A stretch of DNA of 64,000 nucleotides, taken from the NCBI RefSeq assembly GCF_009914755.1, contig NC_060948.1; one strand, 5' to 3'. The notes beneath the pieces were generated by a model. That model did no database searches. It saw only the letters and a list, made by a program, of their open reading frames with translations, and had not been told where the DNA came from. Made by a program: the position numbers and the translations under genes. Source of the DNA: the human T2T-CHM13v2.0 reference genome, Homo sapiens. Shown here in pieces: positions 28,417 to 42,571 of this stretch (positions are counted from its first letter, which is position 1; every line of letters begins with the position of its first letter).

Positions 28417-31400
28417 TCAAAAGGAATGTAATGGAATGGATTGGACTGGAATGCAATGGACTCGAATAGATTGGAAACGGAATGCAAAGGAATGGAATGG
28501 AATAGTATGGAATGGAATGGAAAGGAATGGAGTGGAATAGACTAGAGTGGAATGGAATGGACTGGAAAGCAATGGACTGGAATGAAACTTTCTTGAATGG
28601 ACTGGAATCAAACGGAATGGAATGCAATGCAATCAAATGGCATGGAATAAGATAGAATGAAAGAGAATCAAATGGAATTGAATCGAATGGAATCGAATGG
28701 ATTGGAAAGGAAGAGAATGGAATGGAATGGAATTGACTCAAATGGAATGGACTAGAATGGAATGGATTCGAATGGAAGGCAAAGGAATGGAATCTATTGG
28801 AATGGACTGTAATGGAATGGAATGGAAGGGATTGGAATGGACTCGAATGGAATGGACTGCAATAGAAAGGATTCGAATGGAATGAAAAAGAATTGAATGG
28901 AATAGAACAGAATGGAATCAAATCGAATGAAATGGAATGGAATAGAAAGGAATGGAATGAAATGGAATGGAAAGGATTCGAATGGAATGTAATCGAATGG
29001 AATGGAATCGAACGGAATGGAATAAAATGGAAGAAAACTGGCAAGAAATGGAATCGAAATGAATGGAGTGTTATGGAACGGACTCAAAAGGAATTGAATG
29101 TAATAGAATGGAGTGGAGTGGACTCGAATATAATGGACTGGAATGGAATGAAATCACATGGAATGGGAACGAATGGAATGGAATGGAAAGGAATGGAATC
29201 GAATGGAAAGGAATCGAACGGAAGGGAATGAAATTGAATCAACAGGAATGGAAGGGAATAGAATAGACTGTAATGGAATGGACACGAATAGAATGGACAC
29301 GAATGCTCAAATTGAATGGACTCGAATGGAATGGAAAGGAAAGGAAAGTCATCGAATGGAATTGAATCGATTGGAATGAAATCGCATAGAATGGAGTGGA
29401 ATCAAATGGAATTGAATCGAAAGGAAAGGAAGCGAATGGACTGAAATGAAATGGAATGGAATTGAATGGAAAGTAATGCAATGGAATAGAATGGAACGAA
29501 ATTTCACGGAATGGAATCAAACTGAATGGAATCAAATCAATGGAATATAATCAAATGGAATGGAAAGGAATTGAATGGAGTAGATTGGATTGGATGGGAT
29601 TGGAATGAAATGTACTGGAAAGGACTCGAATTTCATGAAACGGAATGGAATGAATTAGAACGGAATGGACTCGAATGGAATGGAATGTCATGGAATGGCA
29701 TCAAATGGAATGGAATCGAATGCGATGGAATGCTATGGAATGGAATGGAATGCATTGGAATGGAATGTCCTCTAATGGAATGTATTCGAGTGGAATGGAA
29801 TCGAATATAATGGAGTCGAATGAAATGGAATTGAAAGGAATGGGACCGAATACAATGGAATATACTGGAATGTAATGTAATGAACTCGAATGTAATTGAC
29901 TGGAATGGAATGTACATGAATGGAATGTAATCGAATGGAAAGCAATCCAATGGAATAGAATCTAATGCAATAAAATCGACTCAAATACAGTAGAATGTAA
30001 TGGAATGGACTGCAGTGCAATGGAATGGAATGGAATGGAATGAAATGGAATGGAATGGAATGGAATGGAATGGGATGGAATGGTATGGAATGGATAGTAA
30101 TGGACTGGAGTGAAATGGACTGGAAAAGAATGGACTCAAATTGAAAGGGCTCGAAAGGAATGGAGTCAAATGGAATGGTCTGGAATGGAATGAACACGAA
30201 TGTAATGCAATCCAATGGAATGGAATCGAATGGCATGGAATATAAAGAAATGCAATCGAAGAGAATGGAAACAAATGGAATGGAATTGAATGGAATGGAA
30301 TTGAATGGAATGGGAACGAATGGAGTGAAATTGTATGCAGTAGAAGAGAATAGAATGGAATGCAAGCGAAAGGAAAGGAATGGATTGGAATGGAATGGAA
30401 TTCATTGGAATGGAAGGGAATGTAGTGTAATGGACAGGCCTGGAATAAAGTGGAATGCTACGGTCTCGAATGGAATAAAAATGTATGGAATGGAATGCAA
30501 TGAAACGGAATCGAATGTCATGGAATGTAATGGAATGCAAAAAAATGGACTCCAAAATCATTGACTGGAAAGGCTGGGGGTCGAAAGGAATTGACTCCAA
30601 TGGAATGGAATCGAATGGAATGGAAGTGAATAGAATCGAACTAAATCGAATGGAATGGAATTGATAGGAACGGAATGGAAAGGAATGCAATGATTTGGCA
30701 TGGAATGGAATCGAATGGCATCGAATGGAATGGAATGGATTGCAATGGAATGGAATGTATTAGAATGTAATGAACTTTAATGGAATGTACTCGAATGGAT
30801 TCGACTGGAATGGAATGTTCTGGAAGTGAATGGACTCCAATGGAATGGATTCGAAAGGAATGGAATCTAATGGAATGGAATTAAATGGAAATGAATCAAA
30901 TTGAATAGAACGGAATTGAATTGAATGGAATCGAATGCAATGGAATCTAATGAAACGGAAAGGAAAGGAATGGAATGGATTGGAATGGAATGGGCTGGAA
31001 TGGAATGGAATCGAAACGAATGGAATGGAATCGAACTGAAGAGACTGGAATGGAATGCACTGGAATGGAAGGGAATGTAATGGAAGGTTCTCGAAAAAAA
31101 TGGAATCGAAAGGAATGGAATAGAATGGAACGGAATAGAGTCGAATGGAATTCAATGGAATGGAATGGACTAGAGTGAAATGGAATCGAACCACAAGGAA
31201 TGGACAGGAATAGAATGGTCTCGAATTGAATGGAATCGTATGGAATGGCATCAAACGGAATGGAATGGACAGCCACGGAATGGAATGGACACCCACGGAA
31301 TGGAATGCACTCGAATGCAATGGAGTCGACACTAATGGACTGGAATAGAATGGACTCGACTGGTACGGACTCCAATGGAATGGAATCGAATGGAAGGGAA

Positions 31401-31945
31401 TCGAACGGAATGGACTCGAAGGGAAAAGACTGCAATGGAAAGGTCTCGAATGGAATGGAAATTAATGGAATGGAATGGAATCGAATGAAATGGAGTCAAA
31501 AGGAATGGAATCGAATGGCAAGAAATCGAATGTAATGGAATCGCAAGGAATTGATGTGAACGGAACGGAATGGAATGGAATCGAAAGGGATGGAATGGAA
31601 TCGAATGGAAAGGACTCGAATGGAAATCACTCGAATAGAATGCAATTTAATAAAATAGGATCAAATGTAATGGAATGGAATGGAAAGGAATCGAAACGAA
31701 AGGAATGGAGACAGATGGAATGGAATGGAACAGAGAGCAATGGTATAGAATGGAATGGAATCATCTGGAATGGAATTGAATGGAATGGAATAAGATGAAA
31801 TGGAATGGAATGGAATGGAATGCCCTTGAATTAAATGGACTGGAATGGAATGGACTCGAACAGAGTGGAATGGAAAGTGTTGAAATAGAATGGAATGGAC
31901 TCCTTTGGAATGGTCTAGTATGCAATGCAATCGACTGGCAGAGAA
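28417..31945 (+). repeat. DYZ1 unit U9 (3529 bp, chimeric: B-type 5' part, A-type from ~29.5 kb)
   Basis: Landmark spacing; HaeIII at 30437; diagnostic variants switch from B to A between ~29475 and ~29660. Confidence 0.88.
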
Positions 31946-34900
31946 TCAAGAGGAATGTAATCGAATGGAAAGGACTGGAATGCAATGGAATCGAATAGAT
32001 TGGAAACGGAAAGCAAAGGAATGGAATGGAATAGTATGGAATGGAATGGAAAGGAATGGAGTGGAATAGACTAGAGTGGAATGGAATGGACTCGAAAGCA
32101 ATGGACTGGAATGGAACTTTCTTGAATGGACTGGAATCAAACGGAATGGAATGCAATGCAATCAAATGGCATGGAATAAAATAGAATGAAAGAGAATCAA
32201 ACGGAATTGAATCGAATGGAATCGAATGGATTGGAAAGGAATAGAATGGAATGGAATGGAATTGACTCAAATGGAATGGACTAGAATGGAATGGATTCGA
32301 ATGGAAGGCAAAGGAATGGAATCTATTGGAATGGACTGTAATGGAATGGAATGTAAGGGATTGGAATGGACTCAAATGGAATGGACTGCAATAGAAAGGA
32401 TTCGAATGGAATGAAAAAGAATTGAATGGAATAAAACAGAATGGAATCAAATCGAATGAAATGGAATGGAATAGAAAGGAATGGAAAGGATTCGAATGGA
32501 ATGCAATCGAATGGAATGCAATCGAATGGAATGGAATCGAACGGAATGTAATAAAATGGAAGAAAACTGGCAAGAAATGGAATCGAAATGAATGGAGTGT
32601 TATGGAACGGACTCAAAAGGAATTGAATGTAATAGAATGGAGTGGAGTGGACTCGAATATAATGGACTGGAATGGAATGAAATCACATGGAATGGGAACG
32701 AATGGAATGGAATGGAAAGGAATGGAATCGAATGGAAAGGAATCGAATGGAAGGGAATGAAATTGAATCAACAGGAATGGAAGGGAGTAGAATAGACGGT
32801 AATGGAATGGACTCGAATAGAATGGACACGAATGCTCAAATTGAATGGACTCGAATGGAATGGAAACGAAAGGAATGTCATCGAATGGAATTGAATCGAT
32901 TGGAATGAAATCACATAGAATGGAGTGGAATCAAATGGAATTGAATCGAAAGGAAAGGAAGCGAATGGACTGAAATGAAATGGAATGGAATTGAATGGAA
33001 ATTAATGCAATGGAATAGAATGGAACGAAATTTCACGGAATGGAATCAAACTGAATGGAATCAAATCAATGGAATATAATCAAATGGAATGGAAAGGAAT
33101 TGAATGGAGTAGATTGGATTGGATGGGATTGGAATGAAATGCACTGGAAAGGACTCGAATTTCATGAAACGGAATGGAATGAATTGGAACGGAATGGACT
33201 CGAATGGAATGGAATGTCACGGAATGGCATCAAATGGAATGGCATCAAATGGAATGGAATAGAATGCAATGGAATGCTATGGAATGGAATGGAATGCATT
33301 GGAATGGAATGTCCTCTAATGGAATGCATTCGAGTGGAATGGAATCGAATATAATGGAGTCGAATGAAATGGAATTGAAAGGAATGGGATCGAATACCAT
33401 GTAATATACTGGAATGTAATGTAATGAACTCGAATGTAATTGACTGGAATGGAATGTACATGAATGGAATGTAATCGAATGGAAAGTAATCCAATGGAAT
33501 AGAATCTAATGCAATAAAATCGACTCAAATAGAATAGAATGTAATGGAATGGAGTGCATTGCAATGGAATGGAATGGAATGGAATGCAATGGAATGGAAT
33601 GGAATGGAATGGAATGGAATGGAATGGGATGGAATGGTATGGAATGGATAGTAATGGACTGGAGTGAAATGGACTGGAAAAGAATGGACTCAAATTGAAA
33701 GGGCTCGAAAGGAATGGAGTCAAATGGAATGGTCTGGAATGGAATGAATACGAATGTAATGCAATCCAATAGAATGGAATCGAAAGTTATGGAATATAAA
33801 GAATTGGAATCGAAGAGAATGGAAACAAATGGAATGGAATTGAATGGAATGGAATTGAATGGAATGGGAACGAATGGAGTGAAATTGTATGCAGTAGAAG
33901 AGAATAGAATGGAATGCAAGCGAAAGGAAAGGAATGGATTGGAATGGAATGGAATTCATTGGAATGGAAGGGAATGTAGTGTAATGGACAGGCCTGGAAT
34001 AAAGTGGAATGCTACGGTCTCGAATGGAATAAAAATGTATGGAATGGAATGCAATGAAACGGAATCGAATGTCATAGAATGTAATGGAATGCAAAAAAAT
34101 GGAATCCAAAATCATTGACTGGAAAGGCTGGGTGTCGAAAGGAATTGCCTCCAATGGAATGGAATCGAATGGAATGGAAGTGAATAGAATGGAACTAAAT
34201 CGAATGGAATGGAATTGATAGGAACGGAATGGAAAGGAATGCAATGATTTGGCATGGAATGGAATCGAATGGCATCGAATGGAATGGAATGGAATGCAAT
34301 TGAATGGAATGTATTAGAATGTAATGAACTTTAATGTAATGTACTCGAATGGATTCGACTGGAATGGAATGTTCTCGAAGTGAATGGACTCCAATGGAAT
34401 GGATTCGAAAGGAATGGAATCTAATGGAATGGAATTAAATGGAAATGAATCAAATTGAATAGAACGGAATTGAATGGAATGGAATCGAATGCAATGGAAT
34501 CTAATGAAACGGAAAGGAAAGGAATGGAATGGATTGGAATGGAATGTGCTGGAATTGAATGGAATCGAAACGAATGGAATGGAGTCGAACTGAAGAGACT
34601 GAAATGGAATGCACTGGAATGGAAGGGAGTGTAATGGAAGGTTCTCGAAAAAAATGGAATCGAAAGGAATGGAATTGAATGGAACGGAATAGAGTCGAAT
34701 GGAATTCAATGGAATGGAATGGACTAGAGTGAAATGGAATCGAACCACAAGGAATGGACAGGAACAGAATGGTCTCGAATTGAATGGAATCGTATGGAAT
34801 GGCATCAAACGGAATGGAATGGACAGCAACGGAATGGAATGCACTCGAATGCAATGGAGTCGACACTAATGGACTGGAATAGAATGGACTCGACTGGTAC

Positions 34901-35489
34901 GGACTCCATTGAAATGGAATTGAATGGAAGGGAATGGAACGGAATGGACTCGAAGGGAAAAGACTGCAATGGAAAGGTCTCGAATGGAATGGAAATTAAT
35001 GGAATGGAATGGAATCGAATGAAATGGAGTCAAAAGGAATGGAATCGAATGGCAAGAAATCGAATGTAATGGAATCGCAAGGAATTGATGTGAACGGAAC
35101 GGAATCGAATGGAATCCAAAGGAATGGAATAGAATGGAATGGAATCGAATGGAAAGGACTCGAATGGAAATCACTCGAATAGAATGCAATTTAATAAAAT
35201 AGGATCAAATGTAATGGAATGGAATGGAAAGGAATCGAAACGAAAGGAATGGAGACAGATGGAATGGAATGGAACAGAGAGCAATGGTATAGAATGGAAT
35301 GGAATCATCTGGAATGGAATTGAATGGAATGGAATAATATGAAATGGAATGGAATGGAATGGAATGCCCTTGAATTAAATGGACTGGAATGGAATGGACT
35401 CAAACAGAGTGGAATGGAAAGTGTTGAAATAGAATGGAATGGACTCGTTTGGAATGGTCTAGTATGCAATGCAATCGACTGGCAGGGAA
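31946..35489 (+). repeat. DYZ1 unit U10 (3544 bp, mixed A/B with many private variants)
   Basis: Landmark spacing; HaeIII at 33991. Confidence 0.9.
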
Positions 35490-38400
35490 TCAAGAGGAAT
35501 GTAATCGAATGGATTGGACTGGAATGCAATGGACTCGAATAGATTGGAAACGGAATTCAAAGGAATGGAATGGAATAGTATGGAATGGAATGGAAAGGAA
35601 TGGAGTGGAATAGACTAGAGTGGAATGGAATGGACTCGAAAGCAATGGACTGGAATGGAACTTTCTTGAATGGACTGGAATCAAACGGAATGGAATGCAA
35701 TGCAATCAAATGGCATGGAATAAAATAGAATGAAAGAGAATCAAATGGAATTGAATCGAATGGAATCGAATGGATTGGAAAGGAATAGAATGGAATGGAA
35801 TGGAATTGACTCAAATGGAATGGACTAGAATGGAATGGATTCGAATGGAAGGCAAAGGAATGGAATCTATTGGAATGGACTGTAATGGAATGGAATGGAA
35901 GGGATTGGAATGGACTCGAATGGAATGGACTGCAATAGAAAAGATTCGAATGGAATGAAAAAGAATTGAATGGAATAGAACAGAATGGAATCAAATCGAA
36001 TGAAATGGAATGGAAGAGAAAGGAATGGAATGAAATGGAATGGAAAGGATTCGAATGGAATGCAATCGAATGGAATGCAATCGAATGGAATGGAATCGAA
36101 CGGAATGGAATAAAATGGAAGAAAACTGGCAAGAAATGGAATCGAAATGAATGGAGTGTTATGGAACGGACTCAAAAGGAATTGAATGTAATAGAATGGA
36201 GTGGAGTGGACTCGAATATAATGGACTGGAATGGAATGAAATCACATGGAATGGGAACGAATGGAATGGAATGGAAAGGAATGGAATGGAAAGGAATGGA
36301 ATCGAATGGAAAGGAATCGAATGGAAGGGAATGAAATTGAATCAACAGGAATGGAAGGAAGTAGAATAGACGGTAATGGAATGGACTCGAATAGAATGGA
36401 CACGAATGCTCAAATTGAATGGACTCGAATGGAATGGAAACGAAAGGAATGTCGTCGAATGGAATTGAATCGATTGGAATGAAATCGCATAGAATGGAGT
36501 GGAAGCAAATGGAATTGAATCGAAAGGAAAGGAAGCGAATGGTCTGAAATGAAATGGAATGGAATTGAATGGAAAGTAATGCAAGGGAATAGAATGCAAC
36601 GAAATTTCACGGAATGGAATCAAACTGAATGGAATCAAATCAATGGAATATAATCAAATGGCATGGAAAGGAATTGAATGGAGTAGATTGGATTGGATGG
36701 GATTGGAATGAAATGTACTGGAAAGGACTCGAATTTCATGAAATGGAATGGAATGAACTGGAACGGAATGGACTCGAATGGAATGGAATGTCATGGAATG
36801 GCATCAAATGGAATGGCATCAAATGGAATGGAATCGAATGCAATGGAATGCTATGGAATGGAATGGAATGCATTGGAATGGAATGTCCCCTAATGGAATG
36901 GATTCGAGTGGAATGGAATCGAATATAATGGAGTCGAATGAAATGGAATTGAAAGGAAAGGGATCGAATACAATGGAATATACTGGAATGTAATGTAATG
37001 AACTCGAATGTAATTGACTAGAATGGAATGTACATGAATGGAATGTAATCGAATGGAAAATAATCTCATGGAATAGAATCTAATGCAATAAAATCGACTC
37101 AAATAGAATAGAATGGAATGGAATGGAGTGCAGTGCAATGGAATGGAATGGAATGGAATGCAATGGAATGGAATGGAATGGGATGGAATGGTATGGGATG
37201 GATAGAAATGGACTGGAGTGAAATGGACTGGAAAGTAATGCACTCAAATTGAAAGAGCTCGAAAGAATGGAGTCAAATGGAATGTTCTGGAATGGAATGA
37301 ACACGAATGTAATGCAATCCAATAGAATGGAATCGAATGGCATGGAATATAAAGAAATGGAATCGAAGAGAATGGAAACGAATGGAATGGAATTGAATGG
37401 AATGGGAACGAATGGAGTGAAATTGTATGCAGTAGAAGAGAATAGAATGGAATGCAAGCGAAATTAAAGGAATGGATTGGAATGGAATGGAATTCATTGG
37501 AATGGAAGGGAATGTATTGCAATGGACAGGCCTTTAATAAAGTGGAATGCTACGGTCTCGAATGGAATAAAAATGTATGGAATGGAATTCAATGAAACGG
37601 AATCGAATGTCATAGAATGTAATGGAATGCAAAAAAATGGAATCCAAAATCATTGACTGGAAAGGCTGGGTGTCGAAAGGAATTGACTCCAATGGAATGA
37701 AATCGAATGGAATGGAAGTGAATAGAATCGAAGTAAATCGAATGGAATGGAATTGTTAGGAACGGAATGGAAAGGAGTGCAATGATTTGGCATGGAATGG
37801 AATCGAATGGCATTGAATGGAGTGGAATGGAATGCAATGGAATGGAATGTATTAGAATGTAATGAACATTAATGGAATGTACTCGAATGGATTCGACTGG
37901 AATGGAATGTTCTGGAAGTGAATGGACTCCAATGGAATGGATTCGAAAGGAATGGAATCTAATGGAATGGAATTAAATGGAAACGAATCAAATTGAATAG
38001 CACGGAATTGAATTGAATGGAATCGAATGCAATGGAATCTAATGAAATGGAAAGGAAAGGAATGGAATGGAATGGAATGGAATGGGCTGGAGTTGAATGG
38101 AATCGATACGAATGGAATGGAATAGAACTGAAGAGACTGGAATGGAATTCACTGGAATGGAAGGGAGTGTAATGGAAGGATCTCGAAAAAAATGGAATCG
38201 AATGGAATGGAATTGAATGGAACGGAATAGAGTCGAATGGAATTCAATGGAATTGAATGGACTAGAGTGAAATGGAATCGAACCACAAGGAATGGAGAGG
38301 AATAGAATGGTCTCGAATTGAATGGAATCGTATGGAATGACATCAAACGGAATGGAATGGACAGCCATGGAATGGAATGCACTCGAATGTAATGGAGTCG

Positions 38401-39027
38401 AAACTAATGGACTGGAATAGAATGGACTCGACTGGTACGGACTCCAATGGAATGGAATCGAAAGGAAGGGAATCGAACGGAATGGACTCGAAGGGAAAAG
38501 ACTGCAATGGAAAGGTCTCGAATGGAATGGAAATTAATGGAATGGAATGGAATCGAATGAAATGGAGTCAAAAGGAATGGAATCGAATGGCAAGAAATCG
38601 AATGTAATGGAATCGCAAGGAATTGATGTGAACGGAACGGAATGGAATGGAATCCAAAGGAATGGAATAGAATGGAATGGAATCGAATGGAAAGGACTCG
38701 AATGGAAATCACTCGAATAGAATGCAATTTAATAAAATAGGATCAAATGTAATGGAATGGAATGGAAAGGAATCGAAACGAAAGGAATGGAGACAGATGG
38801 AATGGAATGGAACAGAGAGCAATGGTATAGAATGGAATGGAATCATCTGGAATGGAATTGAATGGAATGGAATAACATGAAATGGAATGGAATGGAATGG
38901 AATGCCCTTGAATTAAATGGACTGGAATGGAATGGACTCGAACAGAGTATAATGGAAAGTGTTGAAATAGAATGGAATGGACTCCTTTGGAATGGTCTAG
39001 TATGCAATGCAATCGACTGGCAGGGAA
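35490..39027 (+). repeat. DYZ1 unit U11 (3538 bp, divergent variant unit, sister of U6)
   Basis: Landmark spacing; HaeIII at 37529 in the ggcctttaat context; shares the 1-bp deletion (gagctcgaaagaat, ~37262) with U6. Confidence 0.9.
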
Positions 39028-42000
39028 TCAAAAGGAATGTAATCGAATGGATTGGACTGGAATGCAATGGACTCGAATAGATTGGAAACGGAATGCAAAA
39101 GAATGGAATGGAATAGTATGGAATGGAATGGAAAGGAATGGAGTGGAATAGACTAGAGTGGAATGGAATGGACTGGAAAGCAATGGACTGGAATGGAACT
39201 TTCTTGAATGGACTGGAATCAAACGGAATGGAATGCAATGCAATCAAATGGCATGGAATAAAATGGAATGAAAGGGAATCAAATGGAATTGAATCGAATG
39301 GAATCGAATGGATTGGAAAGGAATAGAATGGAATGGAATGGAATTGACTCAAATGGAATGGACTAGAATGGAATGGATTCGAATGGAAGGCAAAGGAATG
39401 GAATCTATTGGAATGGACTGTAATGGAATGGAATGGAAGGGATTGGAATGGACTCGAATGGAATGGACTGCAATAGAAAGGATTCGAATGGAATGAAAAA
39501 GAATTGAATGGAATAGAACAGAATGGAATCAAATCGAATGAAATGGAATGGAATAGAAAGGAATGGAATGAAATGGAATGGAAAGGATTCGAATGGAATG
39601 CAATCGAATGGAATGGAATCGAACGGAATGGAATAAAATGGAAGAAAACTGGCAAGAAATGGAATCGAAATGAATGGAGTGTTATGGAACGGACTCAAAA
39701 GGAATTGAATGTAATAGAATGGAGTGGAGTGGACTCGAATATAATGGACTGGAATGGAATGAAATCACATGGAATGGGAACGAATGGAATGGAATGGAAA
39801 GGAATAGAATCGAATGGAAAGGAATCGAATGGAAGGGAATGAAATTGAATCAACAGGAATGGAAGGGAATAGAATAGACGGTAATGGAATGGACTCGAAT
39901 AGAATGGACACGAATGCTCAAATTGAATGGACTCGAATGGAATGGAAACGAAAGGAATGTCATCGAATGGAATTGAATCGATTGGAATGAAATCGCATAG
40001 AATGGAGTGGAATCAAATGGAATTGAATCGAAAGGAAAGGAAGCCAATGGACTGAAATGAAATGGAATGGAATGGAATGGAAAGTAATGCAATGGAATAG
40101 AATGGAACGAAATTTCACGGAATGGAATGAAACTGAATGGAATCAAATCAATGGAATCTAATCAAGTGGAATGGAAAGGAATTGAATGGAGTAGATTGGA
40201 TTGGATGGGATTGGAATGAAATGTACTGGAAAGGACTCGAATTTCATGAAACGGAATGGAATGAATTGGAACGGAATGGACTCGAATGGAATGGAATGTC
40301 ATGGAATGGCATCAAATGGAATGGCATCAAATGGAATGGAATCGAATGCAATGGAATGCTATGGAATGGAATGGAATGCATTGGAATGGAATGTTCTCTA
40401 ATGGAATGGATTCGAGTGGAATGGAATCGAATATAATGGAGTCGAATGAAATGGAATTGAAAGGAATGGGATCGAATACAATGGAATATACTGGAATGTA
40501 ATGTAATGAACTTGAATGTAATTGACTGGAATGGAATGTACATGAATGGAATGTAATCGAATGGAAAGTAATCCAATGGAATAGAATCTAATGCAATAAA
40601 ATCGACTCAGATAGAGTAGAATGTAATGGAATGGAGTGCAGTGCAATGGAATGGAATGGAATGGAATACAATGGAATGGAATGGAATGGAATGGAATGGA
40701 ATGGAATGGAATGGTGTGGAATGGATACTAATGGACTGGAGTGAAATGGACTGGAAATGAATGGACTCAAATTGAAAGGGCTCGAAAGGAATGGAGTCAA
40801 ATGGAATGGTCTGGAATGGAATGAACACGAATGTAATGCAATCCAATAGAATGGAATCGAATGGCATGGAATATAAAGAAATGGAATCGAAGAGAATGGA
40901 AACAAATGGAATGGAATTGAATGGAATGGAATTGAATGGAATGGGAACGAATGGAGTGAAATTGTATGCAGTAGAACAGAATAGAATGGAATGCAAGCCA
41001 AAGGAAAGGAATGGATTGGAATGGAATGGAATTCATTGGAATGGAAGGGAATGTAGTGTAATGGACAGGCCTGGAATAAAGTGGAATGCTACGGTCTCGA
41101 ATGGAATAAAAATGTATGGAATGGAATGCAATGAAACGGAATCGAATGTCATAGAATGTAATGGAATGCAAAAAAATGGAATCCAAAATCATTGACTGGA
41201 AAGGCTGGATGTCGAAAGGAATTGACTCCAATGGAATGGAATCGAATGGAATGGAAGTGAATAGAATCGAACTAAATCGAATGGAATGGAATTGATAGGA
41301 ACGGAATGGAAAGGAATGCAATGATTTGGCATGGAATGGAATCGAATGGCATCGAATGGAATGGAATGGAATGCAATGGAATGGAATGTATTAGAATGTA
41401 ATGAACTTTAATGGAATGTACTCGAAAGGATTTGACTGGAATGGAATGTTCTGGAAGTGAATGGACTCCAATGGAATGGATTCGAAAGGAATGGAATCGT
41501 ACGGAATGGAATCTAATGGAATGGAATTAAATGGAAATGAATCAAATTGAATAGCACGGAATTGAATTGAATGGAATGGAATGCAATGGAATCTAATGAA
41601 ACGGAAAGGAAAGGAATGCAATGGAATGGAATGGGCTGGAATGGAAAGGAATCGAAACGAATGGAATGGAATCGAACTGAAGAGACTGGAATGGAATGCA
41701 CTGGAATGGAAGGGAGTGTAATGGAAGGTTCTCGAAAAAAATGGAATCGAATGGAATGGAATTGAGTGGAACGGAATAGAGTCGAATGGAATTGAATGGA
41801 ATGGAATGGACTAGAGTGAAATGGAATCGAACCACAAGGAATGGACAGGAATAGAATGGTCTCGAATTGAATGGAATCGTATGGAATGGCATCAAACGGA
41901 ATGGAATGGACAGCCACGGAATGGAATGCACTCGAATGCAATGGAGTCGAAACTAATGGACTGGAATAGAATGGACTCGACTGGTACGGACTCCAATGGA

Positions 42001-42571
42001 ATGGAATCGAATGGAAGGGAATCGAACGGAATGGACTCGAAGGGAAAAGACTGCAATGGAACGGTCTCGAATGGAATGGAAATTAATGGAATGGAATGGA
42101 ATCGAATGAAATGGAGTCAAAAGGAATGGAATCGAATGGCAAGAAATCGAATGTAATGGAATCGCAAGGAATTGATGTGAACGGAACGGAATGGAATGGA
42201 ATCCAAAGGAATGGAATAGAATGGAATGGAATCGAATGGAAAGGACTCGAATGGAAATCACTCGAATAGAATGCAATTTAATAAAATAGGATCAAATGTA
42301 ATGGAATGGAATGGAAAGGAATCGAAACGAAAGGAATGGAGACAGATGGAATGGAATGGAACAGATAGCAATGGTATACAATGGAATGGAATCATCTGGA
42401 ATGGAATTGAATGGAATGGAATAATATGAAATGGAATGGAATGGAATGGAATGGAATGCCCTTGAATTAAATGGACTGGACTCGAACAGAGTGGAATGGA
42501 AAGTGTTGAGATAGAATGGAATGGACTCCTTTGGAATGGTCTAGTATGCAATGCAATCGACTGGCAGGGAA
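39028..42571 (+). repeat. DYZ1 unit U12 (3544 bp, subtype B)
   Basis: Landmark spacing; HaeIII at 41068. Confidence 0.9.

Noticed and set aside
28103-29044. Longest minus-strand ORFs (305-313 aa; also 3306-4238, 42258-43199, 49385-50317, 56503-57420) as a repeat protein gene
   Set aside because: Length and C-terminus depend on pentamer-count frameshifts. The ORF is broken by stops in sister units (35557, 46334). The CATTC strand is naturally stop-poor.
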